The notes below the pieces were generated by a model. The model saw only the letters and a program-made list of their open reading frames with translations. It was not told the origin of the DNA and did not search any database. Shown here one piece after another: positions 9,379 through 19,752 of a stretch of 64,000 bases of DNA; the first letter of the stretch is position 1, and every line of letters starts with the position of its first letter. Source of the DNA: Ignavibacteriota bacterium (GTDB taxonomy: Bacteria > Bacteroidota > Ignavibacteria > UBA10030); the NCBI GenBank assembly GCA_963701295.1, contig OY969585.1, positions 2,752,001 through 2,816,000 on the forward strand. Reading direction: 5' to 3'. The position numbers and the translations under genes are program-made.

Positions 9379-10407
9379 TCAATGCTTTATAACAATGAGA
9401 TATGCGCCTATGACCGGCCCGCGTGGACGGTGGCCATTTCGATCCAACAGTGCATCTGGCGCAGGAGGGCCGTATTGTGGTTGGAACAGATACGCCACAT
9501 GCTTTATTGTATCGACGGAAATTGTTTTTGCACCAGTCATAGAGGTAACAGTAGCAACGACACTGTATCGGTCAGGTGAATCTTCGTGAACGATTGTTAC
9601 ATTGCTATCGCGGCCAGCTGGAATATATATTAACTTTTCGGACGGATCCCAGCCAAGTGCGTCAACACCTTCGCCATTTGGTATTAGCGCTACGATCTTG
9701 CCGGTTTTTGGATTCACTACTGCCGACATTTTACTGCAACCGGAAAAGATCCTGTCTGTAGACCGATCATATGCGATTCCAGTCGGTCCTTCGCAAGAAT
9801 CTAACGGCCACGAGCCGAGAGCTTTCATTGTTTTGGCGTCGATCACCTGGATTGTGTTCTTTCTTTCATTGTTTACGAAAAGTTTCCCTTTCCCATCGCT
9901 TGCAGCACCTTCAGGTGCATTATCTTCAAGCCGGGCTTCTCCTGTAATAACTCCAGTGTTTGGATCGACCGCTGTAGCCGTGCCGATAGTACTATGATTG
10001 GTCAAAATGAGGCGGTCTGAGAAGTCATCGTACATGATTCCATCCAGTCCGCCAGCCGGAATCTTGATTTTCTTGATAGTGGCAAGTGTTGTAAGATCAA
10101 ACATCGTGACTGTAGAATCACCACGGTTGGTTGTGAACCCGTGATTGTATTTTGCAACAAGTGCGATTCCGTGAGTGCCCGGTGTTTCTGGAATATCGGC
10201 GATCATTGTGCCAGTGTTTCCGTCTATTACCATAACATGTGAACCACGTGAGACAAAGACCCGTCCGGTACCGGGTTCAGCAGTTAGATAGTCCGTACCC
10301 CCTTCACCGCCGATGCTGTATTTCTGAACCGTAAAGGTTTGTGATTGCAGAATTCCACTGATACAACTCCCGAAAAAAAGGGTAGCAAACATAAAGAATT
10401 TTTTCAT
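9379..10407 (-). CDS. YncE-family secreted beta-propeller protein
   Basis: GGEGGTDYL, GTHGIAL, GFTTNRGD, PEGAASDGKG and WPLDSCEGPTGIA motifs. RBS GAGGA precedes ATG 10407. Confidence 0.8.
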   Translation of the reverse strand: MKKFFMFATLFFGSCISGILQSQTFTVQKYSIGGEGGTDYLTAEPGTGRVFVSRGSHVMVIDGNTGTMIADIPETPGTHGIALVAKYNHGFTTNRGDSTVTMFDLTTLATIKKIKIPAGGLDGIMYDDFSDRLILTNHSTIGTATAVDPNTGVITGEARLEDNAPEGAASDGKGKLFVNNERKNTIQVIDAKTMKALGSWPLDSCEGPTGIAYDRSTDRIFSGCSKMSAVVNPKTGKIVALIPNGEGVDALGWDPSEKLIYIPAGRDSNVTIVHEDSPDRYSVVATVTSMTGAKTISVDTIKHVAYLFQPQYGPPAPDALLDRNGHRPRGPVIGAYLIVIKH

Positions 10408-10489
10408 ATCATCCTCTTTCGTTAATTGTAAATTGTTTAATGCAAACATCTTTTTATCAACGTGGACACTCCGTCTATGTCAAACCATG

Positions 10490-10759
10490 TTACTTCGATT
10501 CTTTCTTGCCTTGAATATTCAAGAGAGGCGTCAATTTTTGGTCGTACGGCAAAATGATTGTCAAGTTATTGGGGCTATTCACTACGTCTTTGAGCTGGGA
10601 GATGTAATACCATTGCAGATAATTCTGCGTCAGTCCATTGCCAATTATTTTTTGAGCATTCGAAATGCCCTGAGCCTCAATTGCTTTTCTTTGAGCCTCC
10701 TTCTGAGCATATTGTATGGTATATTCCATTTGTTGCGCTTCCGGCTTTGGTTCTTCCAT
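10490..10759 (-). pseudogene. C-terminal fragment of a prohibitin/SPFH-family protein
   Basis: EAQRKAIEAQGISNAQKII..GLTQNYLQW..I..L...VNSPN..TII matches the prohibitin coiled-coil C-terminus. The SPFH domain is missing. Confidence 0.7.
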
Positions 10760-10912
10760 ACTGATCCTTATATTTCTTCTGTTCTGATGCTTCCTCTGCG
10801 GTCATCTTTTTCATCTCCGCATTAATTACCAAAAGTGTAAGCCTTCGTTTGGTCACCTTCAGTTAATACACTTTCATTGCTGGAACAGACTCATATAATT
10901 TGAAAAACAAAG

Positions 10913-12145
10913 CTACGCCCATAATGCCTGTAGCGGAACGGCATAAAGATTCTTATCAAAGGGAATGACTTCCTTTCCATCGTACAGCACGATGCCGCGC
11001 AGAAACTTCTTCTTCATTTCAGCTTCCAGCATCTTCATCGTTTTAAATGATGATGCATCGACCTTTTGACCGCTTTTGACTTCAATACAAACTATACTGC
11101 CATCGCGGCGTTCAAGTAGAAAATCAATTTCTTGCCCGGTTTGTGTCCGGAAATGATGTATCTGCGGCTGCGTCTTACTCCACGAGATCAGTTTCAACAA
11201 TTCATTGAGAACAAATGATTCTACAGCTTTTCCCATGATCTCTCCATCAGACCGAAGCCGTTGCACATCCGCTCCAAGAAGATACAGCATCAATCCGGTA
11301 TCTGTCAGGTACAGCTTCGGTGTCTTAATGAGACGTTTGCTCAGATTCTTAGACCACGGCATTACCAATCGCACAAGGAACGTGGTTTCAAGCAGAGTCA
11401 TGTATCTTTTTAAGGTTGTCTGCGGAATAGTACTGCTATTGGACAACTCTGCGAAATTCAACAAAGACCCTGAACGGCTGGCGAGAAGAGCAAGCAGCCG
11501 TGGAAGCGCTGTTAATCCTTCGATGTGCATGAGATCTCGGATATCACGCTGCAAGATGGTAGTTACATACGAACTGAACCAGGAATTCCTGCGAGCCGGA
11601 TCATTGCGCTGCAATGCTTCAAAATATCCACCTTTTATCATCCGTTCATTCAATGGAGGCCGGTTGATATTTTTTACGGAATATCTGGGCATTTTCTCTA
11701 CAAAGATGTCCTCTGCAAATGACCCCTTTGTTTCTTCGATCTCACTTTGTGAACATGGGTACAAGGAAAGTATCTCCATTCGCCCTGCAAGCGACTCAGA
11801 AAGTTTCGGAATGAGTAGTACGTTTGCCGACCCCGTTAAAAGAAATTGGCCTGCCCTCCTTTTTTTATCTATAGAAGCCTTCAATGCGAGAAATATTTCC
11901 GGTGCCCGTTGGACTTCATCGATAATGAGCGGCTCTTGATAACCGGCTAAAAATCCTTCCGGATTATTATGCACGGCGGAGAGAACCACCGCATCGTCCA
12001 ATGTGACATATCGAGCAGTATGCCCATGCGATGATAGCCACTCCACCAATGTGCTTTTTCCTACCTGCCGGGCTCCATTGAGCAAGACAACAGGACTATC
12101 CTTGAGAGCATTAAGTAAATTCGGTGTAATAGTACGCTGTATCAT
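10913..12145 (-). CDS. AAA_14 ATPase with DUF4143 and C-terminal PD-(D/E)xK-like domain
   Basis: Walker A GARQVGKST, Walker B IIDEVQ, LTGS, ESLAGR, KTPKLY and EIDFLL...IEVKS. Likely start MIQR at 12145. Confidence 0.9.
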   Translation of the reverse strand: MIQRTITPNLLNALKDSPVVLLNGARQVGKSTLVEWLSSHGHTARYVTLDDAVVLSAVHNNPEGFLAGYQEPLIIDEVQRAPEIFLALKASIDKKRRAGQFLLTGSANVLLIPKLSESLAGRMEILSLYPCSQSEIEETKGSFAEDIFVEKMPRYSVKNINRPPLNERMIKGGYFEALQRNDPARRNSWFSSYVTTILQRDIRDLMHIEGLTALPRLLALLASRSGSLLNFAELSNSSTIPQTTLKRYMTLLETTFLVRLVMPWSKNLSKRLIKTPKLYLTDTGLMLYLLGADVQRLRSDGEIMGKAVESFVLNELLKLISWSKTQPQIHHFRTQTGQEIDFLLERRDGSIVCIEVKSGQKVDASSFKTMKMLEAEMKKKFLRGIVLYDGKEVIPFDKNLYAVPLQALWA

Positions 12146-12249
12146 AACTGAAACGTAACAATTTGTATTGAAATAATCAACCACTAAATGGCTGATAATC
12201 ATCCATACAATGGACGAATGCACATCCACACCGGTTTCGCCAAATCACG

Positions 12250-12290
12250 GAAGAACTTAAAATAAGGAGGGGCGTTATTTTAACTTCTTC
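12250..12290. other. AT-rich inverted repeat upstream of the ATPase gene
   Basis: GAAGAA-C-TTAAAATAA...TTATTTTAA-C-TTCTTC; function unknown. Confidence 0.4.
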
Positions 12291-12562
12291 TATTAGCCTA
12301 AAATAAGGATTTTCATCAAGCGGCAGGGGGCAAAGACTATCTTTGTTTTTCATCGGAAATCCCTGAAAGGAGCTTCAAATATTTAATATTAATTCCGAGA
12401 AATTTTATCTAGCGGTATTTCTATGACGTGATGCAATGTTGAGAGTAGAGATAAGTGCGGGCCCCCGCTACACTTTTGGCTGATTCTGAAAAGATTCGGC
12501 CTTTTATCTTATAATCTCGACTTGAACCTGACGTTAGGAACTTTAGCAGTCAGTAAAAAAAG

Positions 12563-13555
12563 TTATCTCTGAAGTTCTCCGTTGTTAGGATTTCCAGGAT
12601 CGTCAAGCAATTGGATGTATGTGCATGGTCCTAAATCCGGATTTTCCCATGAAGACAATGCCCACACCACTTTCTTTTCCGGTGTTACTTCAAAAACCTG
12701 TACTGTACCTTTCCATTCTTCTGTTTTTGGATTACCCGCGCACCAATTGCAGATAACTGTATTTCCATTGGAAAGCCTATTGGCAGTCTGGTTGTTGAAT
12801 AATTTGAAAGGTACATCGGCTTGAGTAAGTTCCCACACTGTCTCCCCTTTCATGTTTACTTCTCGTGTATAACTCGACCAATCGCCGGAGATCAGTGTAT
12901 TCTCGTTATGCAATCGAATTACAGACCATGGAGATTTTGCATTCACCGACCACACCTCTTTGCCATCCAAAGTATACTCAACCACTTTGTTTTCTGATAA
13001 TAATGGTACTATAAGCGTACGATTTTGTGTGATTCTTACATGACGAAATTGTCCGTGAGTTCCTGTAGTGGTTGTTGGGATTAAAATCTCCTTCATAATT
13101 TTATTTTCTGCGGTATTAATGATTAACACTTTTGCTGGATTGGCGTTGAGAACCATCAATACGCTGTCTTTCCCTATTGGCTGGCATGAATGCGATTCAG
13201 TTCCTTTAGGACAAGAGAATTTCCAAATTATCTTTTTATCCGGAGTGATAATCCCTGCGCCTGACATACAAGCATACACAATGTTACCGTTTGAAAGCAT
13301 TGTTATATCATCAAATTCCTGATTACTTACTGAATCCGGATGCATAGGTATTGAATATTTCCAGACTACTTTACCATCGCGGACAAGAAACATCGATTGT
13401 GCTTCGGGATGACGTGTATCCCATTCACCAACATATAAAAAAGGATGCTGGCGTAATCCGTTCCCTGGAAATTTGTTGTCATTATTTAGTATATGAGCGT
13501 TTGGAGTGAAAGATAAGAAGAAGAAAATGAATGAAAGAAACATATTTATTCTCAT
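12563..13555 (-). CDS. Secreted beta-propeller protein of unknown function (PQQ/arylsulfotransferase-like repeats)
   Basis: Signal peptide and repeated G(K/E)xVW and (R/M)LxNGNT motifs. Confidence 0.65.
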   Translation of the reverse strand: MRINMFLSFIFFFLSFTPNAHILNNDNKFPGNGLRQHPFLYVGEWDTRHPEAQSMFLVRDGKVVWKYSIPMHPDSVSNQEFDDITMLSNGNIVYACMSGAGIITPDKKIIWKFSCPKGTESHSCQPIGKDSVLMVLNANPAKVLIINTAENKIMKEILIPTTTTGTHGQFRHVRITQNRTLIVPLLSENKVVEYTLDGKEVWSVNAKSPWSVIRLHNENTLISGDWSSYTREVNMKGETVWELTQADVPFKLFNNQTANRLSNGNTVICNWCAGNPKTEEWKGTVQVFEVTPEKKVVWALSSWENPDLGPCTYIQLLDDPGNPNNGELQR

Positions 13556-13605
13556 TGAACGTCCTCGTTCTATAAAAATTTTATATTGGTTTTATTGAAT
13601 TATTA

Positions 13606-14970
13606 TTACTGAACTTTAATGAGTTCGATACCTTTACCGTTTGGATCGAGATTTCTGCTATATTGTTTTTTATCGGAATTATTCCAATGCTCATGTACAC
13701 CGAGGCTTGATAGTCTTACCCCGTCAGGTTGATAAATTGTTTTTGACGGTGGGTCGTTTGCCAATGCTGCTTCATACATATATGTATCGGCAGGCGCACC
13801 GCTGCTTTTTCCCAATCTATCGCCAAATTCAGAACGTAAAAAGTCGTAACCGACTCCATCGATTGCCACTGGATCCTGAGACATAAAAATACTTGAAAGC
13901 CATTGGCCATTGAAGAGATTATTCCAAGCAGCAAACTCTTTGCTCACAATATCATTAACATCGCGGATGCCGTACAAGCCATCTATAATATAGAGGATGG
14001 TTTTCCCACCAAGATATTTCGAACCGATAAGGTCGACAAATGGATGATACACACCCGGGTTGTACCATGGATGATCCTGTGCATTAATTGAACCGTAATG
14101 ATTTTTTGCTGTAAGGCTTATACCCATTGAAATATGCCCTTTCATTAAAGACATATTAATGAGGTATGATGCTTCAAATACCTTTTGAGGAATCGAAGTA
14201 CCACATTTTGTTTCACCGGAATAATGAAGGGCATGTTCGTGCCAGACTACAGGCAGCCGGCCGTTTTCATTGTTCCCCTTGGAATCCATCCATAATACAC
14301 CTGGAAATTCCTGATGACAAGGCTCGTAAATCCGATCTGGGATAACCCGGATAGCTTCGTAAAACATAATTTTATACTGTGGCACTCCGGCATAATTGAC
14401 TAACTGTCTTATAAGTGCAAGTACAGTTTGTTTGGATGCATCAATTTGATTATCAACATCGCCATATCCTTCATAGGCATTATTACAATTGATTTTAACG
14501 GCGACCAGTTCGCCAGATTGATAGCCCTTTTCGCCTCTGTTGTTTGTTGAATTATAGTAAGAGAATATTTTGTTCCATGCTTCTTTTTCATTAGAATCAC
14601 CTGTGAGCCTGCAAATATTTTTCGACATCATCTTATCGACAACATCCTGTTTTGTTGAGTTATCATCCCACCAATGTCCTGTAACACCGTCCCAGAGTGT
14701 GGCGGTAGTATCCCGGCACCATACAACCCTGCCCGGAAAAATTCCTTTGCCAACGCCAATCGAGCAATTGGCGGAATCTTTCGGCACCCAAACTTTAGAG
14801 GTTTTTCCCTGTATATCAGAATTACCGTCATAAGAACTGAATCCATACACGGCAAAAAGAACCGCACTACAGATGCTTGCAAATAGCAAAATCTTGTAAC
14901 CAGAAACGGAGATGATATCCCAAGTGCAGACTCGTATTTTCCTAATTCTTGTTTCTTTTTGAATTTTCAT
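13606..14970 (-). CDS. DUF362-domain exported protein
   Basis: IGVGKGIFPGRVVW, VAVKINCN, YLINMSLMKGH...ISLTAKNHYG, SQDPVAID and LGVHEHWNN motifs. Confidence 0.8.
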   Translation of the reverse strand: MKIQKETRIRKIRVCTWDIISVSGYKILLFASICSAVLFAVYGFSSYDGNSDIQGKTSKVWVPKDSANCSIGVGKGIFPGRVVWCRDTTATLWDGVTGHWWDDNSTKQDVVDKMMSKNICRLTGDSNEKEAWNKIFSYYNSTNNRGEKGYQSGELVAVKINCNNAYEGYGDVDNQIDASKQTVLALIRQLVNYAGVPQYKIMFYEAIRVIPDRIYEPCHQEFPGVLWMDSKGNNENGRLPVVWHEHALHYSGETKCGTSIPQKVFEASYLINMSLMKGHISMGISLTAKNHYGSINAQDHPWYNPGVYHPFVDLIGSKYLGGKTILYIIDGLYGIRDVNDIVSKEFAAWNNLFNGQWLSSIFMSQDPVAIDGVGYDFLRSEFGDRLGKSSGAPADTYMYEAALANDPPSKTIYQPDGVRLSSLGVHEHWNNSDKKQYSRNLDPNGKGIELIKVQ

Positions 14971-15018
14971 TTTTACCCTATTCGTCCTTTCGATTTTAGC
15001 AATTTGATTTCATACTAT

Positions 15019-15948
15019 TCAATGAAATATTCTGCCAATAGTATAATCGGCATCTGTATCTATTATCTGTATACTCGACATAGTTTTTAAGAAAGTCGTA
15101 TCCTTATAAATCCAAATAACCTTTTTATCTCGCGTAACCTCGAATGCATGAGGGGCTTTCCCAAATTGGTTATGGCCTAACCAATTGGTCAACAGTAAAT
15201 TTCCATTCGGAAGACATTGCATTCCGGCCATAAATTTTAATTCAATGCCCGGAAGTTCATTTTTCGATAATTGCCAGACAAACATTCCCTTTGTATCCAC
15301 TTCGACAATCCGGGGATCGCCGTTATGGTCGGAACAGGCAATCAACGTATTTCCATTTGGCAAACGGATTACAGAATGCGGCCCGCCGGTTATAGGTATT
15401 TCCATGATCTTCTTGCCGGATGAATCGTATTCACACACGTTATCAAGTCCGTAATGTGCGACAAGGTAATTGCCATTTTCAAGTTTTCGGGCGTTCCGCA
15501 TGAAGGAGTGTCCGCCATCGACGGTATCGGGCAGAAGTTTTATTTCTTTTATTATTCTACCAACCGGATTCACTTCCAGCAGACGTCCTGAATTGCATTC
15601 ACCGATAAATGTATTGCTATTTGGAAGACGCTGACAGGCATATATTTCACTTTTCGATTCATAGGAGAACACTACTTTTTTATCCCGCGTAACTTCTTTC
15701 ACTCCATTGCCGGTATTGAATAAAATATTCCCATCGGACAACGCCCAAACATCATTACAACGTTCAGCCGGATATTGCCATACTAATTTACCTTCATCCG
15801 AAATTATACAGACAATCCCCTGAGTATAATCGGCGCAGAGAAAGGTATGGCACACTTTTCCGGTCTGGCTCGTTTGTGCCGTAGCAGAATTGAAAAGAAT
15901 TGATATAAGTGATATGAAAAAACCGAGTCGATACTTTGAGGTTTTCAT
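15019..15948 (-). CDS. Secreted beta-propeller protein, paralog of 12563-13555
   Basis: Repeated RLPNGNTLI and GKLVW motifs, NWLGH. ATG at 15948 overlaps the GH97 stop (ATGA). Confidence 0.65.
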   Translation of the reverse strand: MKTSKYRLGFFISLISILFNSATAQTSQTGKVCHTFLCADYTQGIVCIISDEGKLVWQYPAERCNDVWALSDGNILFNTGNGVKEVTRDKKVVFSYESKSEIYACQRLPNSNTFIGECNSGRLLEVNPVGRIIKEIKLLPDTVDGGHSFMRNARKLENGNYLVAHYGLDNVCEYDSSGKKIMEIPITGGPHSVIRLPNGNTLIACSDHNGDPRIVEVDTKGMFVWQLSKNELPGIELKFMAGMQCLPNGNLLLTNWLGHNQFGKAPHAFEVTRDKKVIWIYKDTTFLKTMSSIQIIDTDADYTIGRIFH

Positions 15949-17933
15949 TTTACCTTTTTGATTCGAGCCGCCCAACCACCGCCAGGTGCAAGTTGTATTT
16001 TCAATTTATCACTTGAAGAAATTTTGATTGTTTCCTTTTTATAGTCAGTAGCTTCTCGATCTGCATTGATTCCGTCTTTGAAAATTACCGCTTCATATTT
16101 TCCATCACTCAGGAAGGAAAAGTCAAGCGTTATGTCCCGTGCATTCCAATTAGTCATTGCCCCAATATACCAGGTATCTCCTTTTCTTCGGGCAAGCGCT
16201 ACATATTCTCCGACCACTCCATCCAGCGGAACAGTCTCGTCGAATGTTGTGGGAACTCTGACAATAAAATCGGTGCACTCTTGCTCTTTTATATATGTAG
16301 TTGGATTATCCGAAAGCATTTGAAGCGGCGCCTCGAAAACAACGTACATTGCTAATTGCTGGCAGCGGGTGCCCTGACTCATCGGATTCGCTCCGATCGG
16401 CCTGAAGTCTTCCTTGACAGCATTTCTCATCGCGCCAGGAGTGTAATCCATCGGGCCGGCCATCATCCGTATGTAGGGAATGCTGACAACATAGCGTGGC
16501 TGATCTTCGATAGCCCATTTATAATTCTCCAACCCCTTTACTCCTTCATAACCGATGACGTTGGGATACGTCCGCTGAAGACCGGTTGGTTTGAATACAC
16601 CATGGTAATCGACAAGCAGGTGATACTCTGCTGCTTTCTTTGCTATTTCATACAACGAAGCAACTGCTATTTGATCATCACGATCGACGAAATCAATTTT
16701 AAATCCTTTCACACCCATTTTAGAATACATAGGAAAAACTTTATCCATTTGCTGAGTAACAGCATACCATGAAGCCCAAAGAATTACATCCACACCTTTT
16801 TGTTTACCATAATCTAATATTTCCTGAAGATTGATTTCCGGAACGACTTTCGTCAGGTCTAACACCTCAGACCATCCTCTGTCCATGATGATATAAGGAA
16901 TTTTATTTGCCGCGGCAAAATCGATATAATACTTGTAGGTTGGAGTGTTGATGCCAGCTTTAAAATCCACATGAGAGATATTCCAATTATTCCACCAATC
17001 CCATGCTACTTGTCCCGGTTTTATCCAAGATATGTCGGTAAGTCTTGGAGGCGATGCTAACTTTTGCACAATGTCATTGTTCAATAATTCTTTGTCGCAC
17101 TGGCTGATGGCAATCACCCGCCATGGAAAATTTCGGGTACCGTAAGTTTTTGCAATATAGTCAGCTCTTTTCGTTGGAATGTAATTGATGCCTCCAAATC
17201 CGCCTAACTGTGCTTCTAAGGGATAGGGCGCGTATACCCCCATAAATCCTTTGCGCGTTTTATTAATATTGAGATACATACCTGGATAATTTTCGACGTC
17301 TGCCTCCAGAATTACAACTTTTTTATTACTACCTACATCGATCAACGCAGGCAGAAACGCCAGAGAGTCTTTTAAAAATTGAGAGATATTGATTTCTCGA
17401 TACAGGGCTTCAAAAGAAGAGTTAAATATTTTCCCACCTCTATAATCCCACGTAAAAGGAATGAATGCTTTATAATCATCCGTAAAATTGAAATTGGCTT
17501 CTTCATTCTTTATGATGAGATCACCTTCTTTCTTTGTAAAGAATCGATATGTAACTGCATCATTGTAGACTCTGAAGATAAATCCGTAATCACCCTGGCA
17601 ATCAATCGTGATCTGATTACACTGATCGGGAATAGATGCTTTCCTATAATTGATTGGAGTAATCACCTGATCAATTTTTTCGGTTTTGGTATTTGTGATT
17701 GTGACATTGTTACCCAACGCTTCGCCATTCTCCAATTGCATTGAGCTTGTGGATGGAGCAATGATCTGCATTCCTTCGCATTGAACAGACCAGATCATTT
17801 TAGATCCAACTTCAAGCCTTAAGGTAATTTTATTGTCTGGAGATTTGACCTCAAAGTTTTTGCTTTTTTGTGCATTCACTATTGCTGAATTCAACAATAG
17901 TGCTATGACTAATCCAATTCGTATAATTTTCAT
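15945..17933 (-). CDS. Glycoside hydrolase family 97 (retaining type, alpha-galactosidase-like)
   Basis: SWIKPGQVAWDWWN, GFKIDFVDRDDQ, YEGVKGLE and GPMDYTPG motifs. RBS precedes ATG 17933. Confidence 0.93.
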   Translation of the reverse strand: MKIIRIGLVIALLLNSAIVNAQKSKNFEVKSPDNKITLRLEVGSKMIWSVQCEGMQIIAPSTSSMQLENGEALGNNVTITNTKTEKIDQVITPINYRKASIPDQCNQITIDCQGDYGFIFRVYNDAVTYRFFTKKEGDLIIKNEEANFNFTDDYKAFIPFTWDYRGGKIFNSSFEALYREINISQFLKDSLAFLPALIDVGSNKKVVILEADVENYPGMYLNINKTRKGFMGVYAPYPLEAQLGGFGGINYIPTKRADYIAKTYGTRNFPWRVIAISQCDKELLNNDIVQKLASPPRLTDISWIKPGQVAWDWWNNWNISHVDFKAGINTPTYKYYIDFAAANKIPYIIMDRGWSEVLDLTKVVPEINLQEILDYGKQKGVDVILWASWYAVTQQMDKVFPMYSKMGVKGFKIDFVDRDDQIAVASLYEIAKKAAEYHLLVDYHGVFKPTGLQRTYPNVIGYEGVKGLENYKWAIEDQPRYVVSIPYIRMMAGPMDYTPGAMRNAVKEDFRPIGANPMSQGTRCQQLAMYVVFEAPLQMLSDNPTTYIKEQECTDFIVRVPTTFDETVPLDGVVGEYVALARRKGDTWYIGAMTNWNARDITLDFSFLSDGKYEAVIFKDGINADREATDYKKETIKISSSDKLKIQLAPGGGWAARIKKVK

Positions 17934-18081
17934 TTCACCCTCATTGGTAGAAATATAATTTAACCATCGAATGCTCTTTCGAAGGCACTTGTTCAATCTA
18001 AGCTTTGGTGGCCAGAGAAGAATGGTCGCGTCGAGTAATCCTTTCTCCATTTGAATTATAACGATCGAATCCGCCGACCAT

Positions 18082-19731
18082 TTATCGTATAATCAATGTT
18101 GTATGAAGTACGACTGGAACGGCGCCGATGCGAGGCCCGCCCCAATCAGTTTCGTCGCCATTACGAATACGTAAAAGCTTGAATGTTCCATTTTCATACT
18201 TGCCTTCTTCAACTTTCAAGTATTGCCAGGCTTTTCCAGCATTGGCTCCAAGAGGTTGAAAGGTAAAATGGCAATGTGTTCCTGCCATGAGAAACTCGTT
18301 TTCACCTAGTTGTACTATCATGGCTTTGCCGATCGGACGGGCATTTGTTTTTATTTCGCGCCAGGATGACATACCGAATTTTACTATGGCCTGCCATGAG
18401 CCAAGATCTATTGTCTGTTCAGCATGATCCTCACGCTCTACAACAGATTTGATCTTACCTTCAAAACTCCATTGTGCTAATTCTCTCATCATAGGAGTTG
18501 CCATGGCGTATTCCTGTGCAAGAGGAGCGAGCCGGGCTTCGGTTTCAGCTTTTGCTTCCCCGCGACCATTATCGTCGATTCCAAATGGTGAAAAGCCTAT
18601 TCCACCATGTGCAAGAACCGAATACAAGTATCTCGTGTATTCTTCGTTTGAACCTATCTCAGGCACGAATAGCGGATTGTCCGGACGATCATAGAGCTCA
18701 ATCACCTTGAGTGCCTTTTCGCTTTCAGGCATATATATATCCGGAGCCAATAAGTCGATGGCTGGTGCTGCCGCTTTCCAAATTGGAATTATATTGTCCG
18801 TCGCACCACCGCTTTCATACGTTGATGCACTAGGGTTACTAATCGGGTCGCGTAGTGCAGCGTTTACGTACAGTGGTAATAGATTCACTGCTTTACCCTC
18901 CGCTGCAATGTAACCAATGTAATGCGCAACCGACCATGCATGGAAATATTCATCAGCATCATTTCCGAATACTTGCTTCCATGTCCCTTTGGCAACGACA
19001 GATTTCTTCAAAGCTTTTAGTATCTCCGGCTTGAGCAGTTCTTCAGGTACCTTTCCTTCGAATAGTTTTTGTGCTTCTTTGGAAAAATCGCGGACACTGT
19101 TCCATGCACCGGGTTCGTTTTCAACCTGAACCATAAGTACCGTGTGCTGTGGATCGGCATCCTTCAAATATTTCATGACTGCTGTGAATGCCTTGGCATC
19201 AGCTTCCATCGCAGCTTGCGTATGTGGCGAGGGCGAATCGACTGGCTGCCCGTTTTTTCCTGTGATATTTGGATACTTCAAAGCATCACGCTTCATCCAT
19301 TCTGGCATGTAATGATTGCTGCCGTTTTTCCATGTGGCAAACCATAAAATCACAAGATGAACATTGTGTTCACGTGCTTGGACGAGCAAAGTATCTACCA
19401 GCGAAAAATCAAACTTCCCTGGTTGCACTTCAATCTGTTCCCAGTAAATAGGCACTTCGAGCGTGTTAGCGTGTATCGTTTCAATTGCCAACCATAGTTG
19501 TGGTAACATGCCTGGCCAACCACTGGAATTGTGTGCCTGTCCACCAAGCATTAGAAACGGTTGCCCATCCACCAGAAGAGCATGACGGCCATTTTTTTCA
19601 ATAATCTGCGGCATCGTTCCAATACTGGTTTGGCTCCAGATAATTCCAAATGTCGATAAAGTAATTAAAAACCACGCACCGACTATTCGTCTCATTTTCA
19701 TTATTGCGTTCTTCATATTAATATCTTTCAA
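18082..19731 (-). CDS. GH35-like beta-galactosidase with DUF5597
   Basis: LGGQAHNSS, WFATWKNG, VQVENE (acid/base), LAPDIY, LFVPE (nucleophile) and RIRNGDET motifs. Confidence 0.88.
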   Translation of the reverse strand: MKDINMKNAIMKMRRIVGAWFLITLSTFGIIWSQTSIGTMPQIIEKNGRHALLVDGQPFLMLGGQAHNSSGWPGMLPQLWLAIETIHANTLEVPIYWEQIEVQPGKFDFSLVDTLLVQAREHNVHLVILWFATWKNGSNHYMPEWMKRDALKYPNITGKNGQPVDSPSPHTQAAMEADAKAFTAVMKYLKDADPQHTVLMVQVENEPGAWNSVRDFSKEAQKLFEGKVPEELLKPEILKALKKSVVAKGTWKQVFGNDADEYFHAWSVAHYIGYIAAEGKAVNLLPLYVNAALRDPISNPSASTYESGGATDNIIPIWKAAAPAIDLLAPDIYMPESEKALKVIELYDRPDNPLFVPEIGSNEEYTRYLYSVLAHGGIGFSPFGIDDNGRGEAKAETEARLAPLAQEYAMATPMMRELAQWSFEGKIKSVVEREDHAEQTIDLGSWQAIVKFGMSSWREIKTNARPIGKAMIVQLGENEFLMAGTHCHFTFQPLGANAGKAWQYLKVEEGKYENGTFKLLRIRNGDETDWGGPRIGAVPVVLHTTLIIR

Positions 19732-19752
19732 ATTGTTATGACTGGTCTGTAT

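Noticed and set aside
11205-11939. 244-aa plus-strand ORF and the many other short overlapping ORFs in the track
   Set aside because: They lie antisense to or out of frame within well-supported genes and show no recognisable motifs; treated as shadow ORFs.
12440-12480. GTAGCGGGGGCCCGCACTTATCTCTACTCT (minus strand) as a group II intron 3' end or recombinase att site
   Set aside because: No domain V hairpin, reverse transcriptase or recombinase is nearby; the similarity is too short.
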